DNA of 28,999 bases, taken from positions 1 to 28,999 of the forward strand of contig DQZA01000264.1 in the NCBI GenBank assembly GCA_011042035.1. The letters run 5' to 3'. The notes beneath the pieces are model-generated. The model was not told the origin of the DNA. It searched no databases and saw only the letters and a program-made list of their open reading frames with translations. The position numbers and the translations under genes are program-made. Every line of letters begins with the position of its first letter. Within the stretch, counting starts at the first letter, position 1. Origin of the DNA: Desulfobacteraceae bacterium. Lineage in GTDB: Bacteria; Desulfobacterota; DSM-4660; Desulfatiglandales; Desulfatiglandaceae. This document shows, piece by piece, positions 23,029 to 28,999 of this stretch.

Positions 23029-25604
23029 TAGACCACCACATTAACGAGTTTCTTCTTTACTACATAGACTTTTTTAACTGGCTTGTCCCCCACAAATCGC
23101 TTTACTCTTTGATCAGCCAATGCAGCTTCCTCGATCTCCTTGTCATTGCAAGACGCGGGAAGCTCTATTCTGCTCCTGACCTTTCCGTTGACCTGTAAAA
23201 CTATGAGACGTTTTTCCTCCTCCAAGGCCTTGTCATCACATTTGGGCCAAGGATGGTCGAGCAGGAAGCCTTCGTGGCCCAGCATACGCCATAACTCCTC
23301 TGTAATGTGGGGCACCACCGGGCTGAGCAGGACCACAGAGGTCTCAATTGCCTCTCGAACAACGGACCATGCAAGCTCATCCTTTACCTCATCTCCGTGC
23401 AGAAACTGATTGATCTCATTTATTAATTCCATCACCGCAGATATTGCAGTATTGAAGTGAAAGCGATTCTCAATGTCGTTGGTAACTTTTTTGATGGCTT
23501 GGTGGGTCTTTCGGTGAAGGGATCTCGCCGCCCCATTGAGCGCTCTTTCCCCTGCATAGATCGGCACCGCAGAGACCTCCTCGAGGTTTTCTGTAACAAG
23601 ATGCCATAGCCTATTAAGGAACCTAAATGCCCCTTCTACCCCTTGCTCGCTCCATTCCAGGTCCTTTTCAGGTGGGGCCGCAAACAGACAAAACATCCTG
23701 ACTGTATCTGCCCCATATGTATCAATCATTTTCTGGGGATCCACCACGTTTTTCTTGGACTTGGACATCTTTACCGTATTCCCTATTATAACATCCTTAC
23801 CACATAGGGTGCACTTGCCGTCCTTGACCTCTTCGGGATAAAGATATCCGTGCTCAGGGCACTCCTGGGTTTCCTTGCATACCATTCCCTGTGTCAGAAG
23901 GTTGGTAAAAGGTTCGCTTGCAGAGATATAGCCGAGGTCGCGCAAGACCCTCGTGTAAAACCTTGAATAGAGTAAGTGAAGGATTGCATGCTCTATACCG
24001 CCGATATACTGATCAACTGGCATCCAGTACTCGGCTCTCTCCTTATCAATAGGTCCCTTATCGTAGTTAGGGCATGCATAGCGGATAAAATACCATGAAG
24101 ACTCTACAAACGTGTCCATTGTGTCGGTTTCCCGCCGGGCCTTTCCCTTGCACTTCGGACACGTGGTCTCATAAAACGAAGGTTCAAAAGGAAGGGGGGA
24201 GCCGCCATTTGGCCTCATATCAAGATCAAGGGGCAAGACTACTGGAAGGTCATCCTCCGGAACAGGTACGGTGCCACAATTGTCGCAATAAATGATGGGA
24301 ATTGGTGCTCCCCAGTATCGTTGCCTTGATATCCCCCAGTCTCTTAGACGATAGTTAACTGTTTTATAGCCTAGACCCTTGGACTCAAGGTATTCTGCGA
24401 TACTGTCCAGGGCCTCCAGATTTTTCATGCCGTTAAAAGGCCCGGAATTTACCAGTATCCCCTCCTCTACATAGGCCTCTGTCATGGTCCTTTCATCCAG
24501 ATCCCTATCAAACGGCTTAATGACCACCCGCAGAGGAAGCCCATACTTCTTGGCGAACTCGAAGTCCCTTTGGTCATGGGTCGGGACTGCCATGATTGCG
24601 CCGGTGCCATAGTCAAAAAGAACAAAATTGGCTACGTAAATGGGAATCTGCTCCCCAGTGACAGGATTCAGGCAATATCTACCCGTGAATACGCCCTCCT
24701 TTTCCGTGTAATCGGCCGTTCTCATATAGGAGTCCATCCTCAAGGTCTTTTCAATGAACTCCAGTACTACTTTTTCTTGGGGCAGCCCCTTTATGAGTTC
24801 CTTTAGCTTAGGGTGCTCAGGGGCAAAGCATAGGAAGGTAGCGCCATATACCGTGTCCTGTCTAGTGGTGAAGACCTCAATCACTTCATCTGACCCCACA
24901 AGAGGAAATTTTATTATGGCCCCATAGCTTTTGCCTATCCAATTGCGCTGCATGGCCAAGACCCTCTCTGGCCACCCTGGAAGTTTGTCGCTGTATTCAA
25001 GGATTTCCTCAGCATAATCGGTAATTTTGAGAAACCATGAATCCATCTCTTTTATGGTAACTTCCTGCTCAGTATGACGCCAGCACCGGCCGTTTTCTAC
25101 CTGCTCATTTGCGAGCACGCTCTGGCATTTGTCACACCAGTTCACAAAGGTGCGCTTCTTGTAAGCAAGGCCCCTCTCGTACATCTTTAGGAAAACCAGT
25201 TGCTCCCATCTGTAATATTCAGGATCGCAAGTGGCAAACTCCCTGTCCCAGTCGTAGCTGAAGCCCATGCGCTGCAACTGTTTTTTCATAGCAGCTATAT
25301 TGTTATAGGTCCATTTGGCGGGATGGGTATTGTTCTCGATAGCAGCATTTTCTGCTGGCAGCCCAAATGCGTCCCAACCCATAGGATGAAGCACATTTTT
25401 TCCGATCATGCGTTTGTAACGGGCTACCACATCGCCTATCGTGTAATTCCTAACATGGCCCATATGAATCTTACCCGAGGGGTAGGGAAACATCTCCAGT
25501 AAATAGTATTTTTCCTTACCAGGATCTTCACCGACCTTAAATAGCTTTTCCTTTTCCCATCTTTCTTGCCACTTTGTTTCAATAACTTGAGGTTGGTACT
25601 TCAT
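23028..25604 (-). CDS. leuS: Leucyl-tRNA synthetase (858 aa from ATG 25604; 25625 also possible)
   Basis: [12 protein letters not shown] (HIGH), GTGAIMAVP editing motif, [16 protein letters not shown]. Confidence 0.98.
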   Translation of the reverse strand: MKYQPQVIETKWQERWEKEKLFKVGEDPGKEKYYLLEMFPYPSGKIHMGHVRNYTIGDVVARYKRMIGKNVLHPMGWDAFGLPAENAAIENNTHPAKWTYNNIAAMKKQLQRMGFSYDWDREFATCDPEYYRWEQLVFLKMYERGLAYKKRTFVNWCDKCQSVLANEQVENGRCWRHTEQEVTIKEMDSWFLKITDYAEEILEYSDKLPGWPERVLAMQRNWIGKSYGAIIKFPLVGSDEVIEVFTTRQDTVYGATFLCFAPEHPKLKELIKGLPQEKVVLEFIEKTLRMDSYMRTADYTEKEGVFTGRYCLNPVTGEQIPIYVANFVLFDYGTGAIMAVPTHDQRDFEFAKKYGLPLRVVIKPFDRDLDERTMTEAYVEEGILVNSGPFNGMKNLEALDSIAEYLESKGLGYKTVNYRLRDWGISRQRYWGAPIPIIYCDNCGTVPVPEDDLPVVLPLDLDMRPNGGSPLPFEPSFYETTCPKCKGKARRETDTMDTFVESSWYFIRYACPNYDKGPIDKERAEYWMPVDQYIGGIEHAILHLLYSRFYTRVLRDLGYISASEPFTNLLTQGMVCKETQECPEHGYLYPEEVKDGKCTLCGKDVIIGNTVKMSKSKKNVVDPQKMIDTYGADTVRMFCLFAAPPEKDLEWSEQGVEGAFRFLNRLWHLVTENLEEVSAVPIYAGERALNGAARSLHRKTHQAIKKVTNDIENRFHFNTAISAVMELINEINQFLHGDEVKDELAWSVVREAIETSVVLLSPVVPHITEELWRMLGHEGFLLDHPWPKCDDKALEEEKRLIVLQVNGKVRSRIELPASCNDKEIEEAALADQRVKRFVGDKPVKKVYVVKKKLVNVVV

Positions 25605-25627
25605 TTTCAAATTCCTTCCCAGCATAT

Positions 25628-26212
25628 CTAAATCTCACCATCATTAACTGCCGACTCAGTTACCAATGAAAACGAAACAACATCCCGAAAATAATCTCTC
25701 AGCGATGCTTCTACCTCGGCTATCTCCTCCAATAGTGGGCGCTCAACAGAAAAGACCGCTGTTACAATATCATCTTCATCTTCCAATTGAGCAAGAAACG
25801 GATCCATCATCTCTTGCACCGCCCTTCTCACCTGCTCATGATATAGTTCCCAAGCAAACAATAATGGAATTTTCACCACGAAGTTGTTTATCCCTAATGA
25901 CCGTAAACGCAATGCAACATCGCCTGCCTGAGCTAGAAACATATCGAATGTAATCTCCTCTTTAGGCCCCAGCCCCTTTAATATCACCATCTCAGCCCTC
26001 AGCCTATCCTCTCCAGCCAACAAGAGAGTCTCCCCCATTTTTGCCGTACAGAACCCTCTCCTGTTCAAAGCGCGCAAATAGGCCGAGGTCTTCTTATCTA
26101 CCCCGGCCATATTTTCTTTTACAACAAAGGATCCTTCATGTATGAATCCCACAACCGCCTCACACCAGATGGCATAAGGCGGCCGCTGGGTAAACCTCAA
26201 ATCAAGCCTCAT
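25628..26212 (-). CDS. Stand-alone peptidase M17 (leucyl aminopeptidase) N-terminal-domain-like protein, non-catalytic
   Basis: 194 aa; pattern VVGFIHE...VDKKTSAYL...[13 protein letters not shown]...[13 protein letters not shown] resembles PepA N-domains; no catalytic NTDAEGRL region; fills the nusB-leuS gap on the operon strand. Confidence 0.7.
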   Translation of the reverse strand: MRLDLRFTQRPPYAIWCEAVVGFIHEGSFVVKENMAGVDKKTSAYLRALNRRGFCTAKMGETLLLAGEDRLRAEMVILKGLGPKEEITFDMFLAQAGDVALRLRSLGINNFVVKIPLLFAWELYHEQVRRAVQEMMDPFLAQLEDEDDIVTAVFSVERPLLEEIAEVEASLRDYFRDVVSFSLVTESAVNDGEI

Positions 26213-26249
26213 TATATATGCCTGGCTAACCTAGGTCCAAATCAGGGCT

Positions 26250-26741
26250 TCATTGCCCCCGAGTCCCATCGCCTGCTCCAAAATCCGTCGCTATGGGGCC
26301 ATCTGTTTTTCCCTCTGAGACCCAGGTATTGTATATGTTATCCAAAATTCCGTTAATAAACGCCGCAGAGTCGGCTGAACCAAATTTTTTGCCCAACTCC
26401 ACCGCTTCGTCAATAGAGACCTTGGGCGGAATATCATCTCTGAACACTATCTCGTATGTTGCAAGCCTAAGTACGCTCCTATCTACTCTGGACATTCTCT
26501 CCAATCGCCAATTCTTAGAGGCCTTACGAATCCTGGCATCGACCTCCTGTCTATGTTCCACTACTCCCTTAACCAAATCCCTCGAAAAGCCCCTGACCGA
26601 ATGGGGGGCCCCAAAGTGTTGGCATACCAGATCGAAGGCCTTCTCAGGATCCCCGTTGTTGTATTCCATATGAAAAAGAACCTTGACTGCCAGTTCCCTG
26701 GCTCGTCTTCTCTTGCCCATTTCGCCCTGGTTCTCTGGCAA
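26250..26741 (-). CDS. nusB: Transcription antitermination factor NusB (start TTG 26741 or ATG 26720)
   Basis: RRRARELAV, WRLERMSRVDRSVLRL, KVSIDEAVELGKKFG, FINGILD; follows ribH. Confidence 0.97.
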   Translation of the reverse strand: MPENQGEMGKRRRARELAVKVLFHMEYNNGDPEKAFDLVCQHFGAPHSVRGFSRDLVKGVVEHRQEVDARIRKASKNWRLERMSRVDRSVLRLATYEIVFRDDIPPKVSIDEAVELGKKFGSADSAAFINGILDNIYNTWVSEGKTDGPIATDFGAGDGTRGQ

Positions 26742-26798
26742 TTGCCTCTGGTTTGAGCGGTCTCAAATGGCCCAGAGGTGTCGCCAGCAGTTCTCAGT

Positions 26799-27263
26799 TC
26801 AAAGTGCCTTGAATAGATTTACCATTTCTATAGCGGCCATGGCAGCCTCAAAACCCTTATTTCCCGACTTCGATCCTGCACGCTCCACCGCTTGCTCAAG
26901 GGTATCAGTGGTAAGGACTCCAAAGGTGACAGGCACCCCTGTGTCAAGAGCCACATTTGCTATGCCCTTGGAAACCTCGGCTGCCACGTATTCGAAGTGG
27001 GGTGTGGCACCCCTGATTACTGCTCCAAGGCATATCACGGCATCATAAGCACCGCTTTGGGCAAGCCTCTTGGCGACAAGTGGAATTTCAAATGCCCCTG
27101 GCACCCGAACGAGGTGCACCTGGTCTTCCTTGGCACCGTGTCTCAAAAGGGCATCCATTGCGCCCTCCACCAGCCTGGAACTTACAAAATCATTAAACCG
27201 ACTCACTACAACTGCGAATCTAAACTCCCGGGCATCTAGCCGCCCTTCGGTGGTCTTGGGCAT
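26799..27263 (-). CDS. ribH: 6,7-dimethyl-8-ribityllumazine synthase
   Basis: 154 aa; [29 protein letters not shown]. Confidence 0.98.
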   Translation of the reverse strand: MPKTTEGRLDAREFRFAVVVSRFNDFVSSRLVEGAMDALLRHGAKEDQVHLVRVPGAFEIPLVAKRLAQSGAYDAVICLGAVIRGATPHFEYVAAEVSKGIANVALDTGVPVTFGVLTTDTLEQAVERAGSKSGNKGFEAAMAAIEMVNLFKAL

Positions 27264-27275
27264 TTCATCCCCCTT

Positions 27276-28505
27276 TTATTCTTCTTGTTTTTCCTCTTGC
27301 TCCTCTAGTATCTGCATCAAATGCCCTAGTTTCTGGCATTTGGTCATCAAATAGCGCTTGTTCTCAGGTCTGGGTTCGATCTCAATGGGTACTCTTCCGG
27401 TCACCTTCAATCCGTATCCCTCAAGGCCAACTATCTTCTTCGGATTGTTGGTCAAAAGCTTCATTTTCCTTACCCCAAGGGCCACCAAGATCTGCGCCCC
27501 AACACCATAGTCCCTGAGATCCGCCTCAAAGCCAAGTTCTTCGTTTGCCTCTACGGTGTCAAGGCCTTTATCTTGCAATGCATATGCCTTCAGTTTGTTG
27601 GCCAAGCCTATGCCCCTTCCTTCTTGCTGCAAATAGAGAATAACCCCCAGGCCTTCGCGTTGAATCATTTCCATCGCCTTTTTCAACTGTTCACCGCAGT
27701 CACACCTGTATGATCCAAAGACATCACCCGTCAGGCACTGGGAGTGAACTCTCACCAACACGTCCTTTTCGGGACTTATATCTCCTTTCACAAGGGCCAG
27801 ATGTTCATAGTCATCAATATCGTTTACAAAGGCAATGGCCTTAAACTCACCATAGGGCGTGGGGAGTACGGTTTTAGCGACCTTATGCACAAAGGATTCA
27901 GTCCGCATCCTATAGGCTATTATATCAGCGACTGTTGCAATCTTGAGTCCGTGTTCTTCAGCAAATTTTTCAAGGTCAGGAAGCCTTGCCATGGTTCCGT
28001 CATCTTTCATTATCTCGCAGATGACCGCGGCCGGCTTAAGCCCTGCCAACCTTGTAAGGTCCACAGAACCCTCTGTCTGCCCGGTCCTGAATAGGACCCC
28101 ACCTCTTCGGGCCCGCAGAGGAAAAACATGACCAGGCTGAACCAGATCTTCTGGTTTTGCATCATCAGCAATCGCGGTAAGGATAGTATGGGCCCTGTCA
28201 GCAGCCGATATACCCGTAGTGACACCATGGCGTGCCTCTATTGAAACGGTAAAAGCCGTCTTGTAAGGAGATCTATTGTCGTAGACCATTGGCGGGAGCT
28301 TTAGTCTGTCCACTATTTCTGGGGCCAGGGCCAGACATATCAATCCCCGTCCATATTTAGCCATAAAATTAATAGCCTCCGGCGTTACTTTTTCTGCCGC
28401 TATTGTCAGGTCTCCTTCATTTTCGCGGTTCTCATCATCCACTAGGATGATCATTTTGCCCTGCCGAAGGTCTTCAAGTACTTCCTCAATCTTCGCAATA
28501 CCCAT
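27276..28505 (-). CDS. ribBA: Bifunctional DHBP synthase / GTP cyclohydrolase II (409 aa from ATG 28505)
   Basis: [62 protein letters not shown] 28505 lies 1 nt after the upstream stop; the tracked start 28586 overlaps that gene. Confidence 0.97.
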   Translation of the reverse strand: MGIAKIEEVLEDLRQGKMIILVDDENRENEGDLTIAAEKVTPEAINFMAKYGRGLICLALAPEIVDRLKLPPMVYDNRSPYKTAFTVSIEARHGVTTGISAADRAHTILTAIADDAKPEDLVQPGHVFPLRARRGGVLFRTGQTEGSVDLTRLAGLKPAAVICEIMKDDGTMARLPDLEKFAEEHGLKIATVADIIAYRMRTESFVHKVAKTVLPTPYGEFKAIAFVNDIDDYEHLALVKGDISPEKDVLVRVHSQCLTGDVFGSYRCDCGEQLKKAMEMIQREGLGVILYLQQEGRGIGLANKLKAYALQDKGLDTVEANEELGFEADLRDYGVGAQILVALGVRKMKLLTNNPKKIVGLEGYGLKVTGRVPIEIEPRPENKRYLMTKCQKLGHLMQILEEQEEKQEE

Positions 28506-28506
28506 T

Positions 28507-28999
28507 TTATTCACCAAAGCCCAAGTTCTTAAGCATATTTGAATCAAGCCCAGAGGTCTCAAGGGCTCTATAATTATGTTTGTCATTTGCCCGTGACATT
28601 AGCCTTTCAATGTACTTGCCAATCAAATCAGTTTCTATGTTAACCTTTTCGCCCACCTCTTTTCTTAAAAGCGTGGTTGCTTCCCCGGTTTGCGGTATAA
28701 TGTTAACCTCTACCCCGTCTGGGAAGCACCTATTGATGGTCAGGCTCACCCCATCAATTGCTATAGATCCTTTCTCAACGGTGTACCTGGTCAAAGCTGA
28801 ATCCATCGCCACCCTTATGGTCCATGATCTCTGCCTGGGCTGTTTTCGTATTATAGTGCCCACCCCGTCAATATGGCCCAATACCAGGTGCCCTCCCAGC
28901 CTGTCGGTAAGCCGCAGGGCCCTCTCAAGATTTACACGATCACTCTGCTTTAGGGAGCCAAGAGTGGTTCTAGCAAGGCTTTCTTCAGAAACGTCCATA
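28507..28999 (-). CDS. ribE: Riboflavin synthase alpha chain (5'-truncated by the window edge)
   Basis: [46 protein letters not shown]. Confidence 0.96.
   Translation of the reverse strand, partial: MDVSEESLARTTLGSLKQSDRVNLERALRLTDRLGGHLVLGHIDGVGTIIRKQPRQRSWTIRVAMDSALTRYTVEKGSIAIDGVSLTINRCFPDGVEVNIIPQTGEATTLLRKEVGEKVNIETDLIGKYIERLMSRANDKHNYRALETSGLDSNMLKNLGFGE

Noticed and set aside
27264-28999. FMN riboswitch or boxA upstream of rib genes
   Set aside because: The rib operon start lies outside the window; the 12-nt ribBA-ribH spacer holds only an SD.

Overview
A densely packed core-genome segment. Gene content and order suggest a Gram-negative anaerobe, most likely Desulfobacterota/former Deltaproteobacteria (inference). 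Left to right: 5' part of nusA and rimP with a leader hairpin; tRNA-Gly(CCC); corC-like CBS gene-lnt-prfB (prfB has the canonical +1 frameshift); a minus-strand run metallophosphoesterase-HIT-lapA-lapB-mutS-TPR/AMIN amidase; three poorly explained genes (FmdB-type Zn-ribbon protein, UPF0280/ApbE-like protein, orphan radical SAM enzyme); murJ-ppx/gppA-guaB-guaA; rpsT; and ribE(partial)-ribBA-ribH-nusB-orf-leuS-lptE-holA. I see no mobile element, CRISPR array, prophage or defence system, and no clearly demonstrable new system. The best leads are the stand-alone leucyl-aminopeptidase N-terminal-like domain between nusB and leuS, the UPF0280/radical SAM divergon with a palindromic two-way -10 element and adjacent inverted repeat, and a bulged hairpin covering the likely nusB ribosome-binding site. 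All family calls come from motif recognition by eye; no searches were run.
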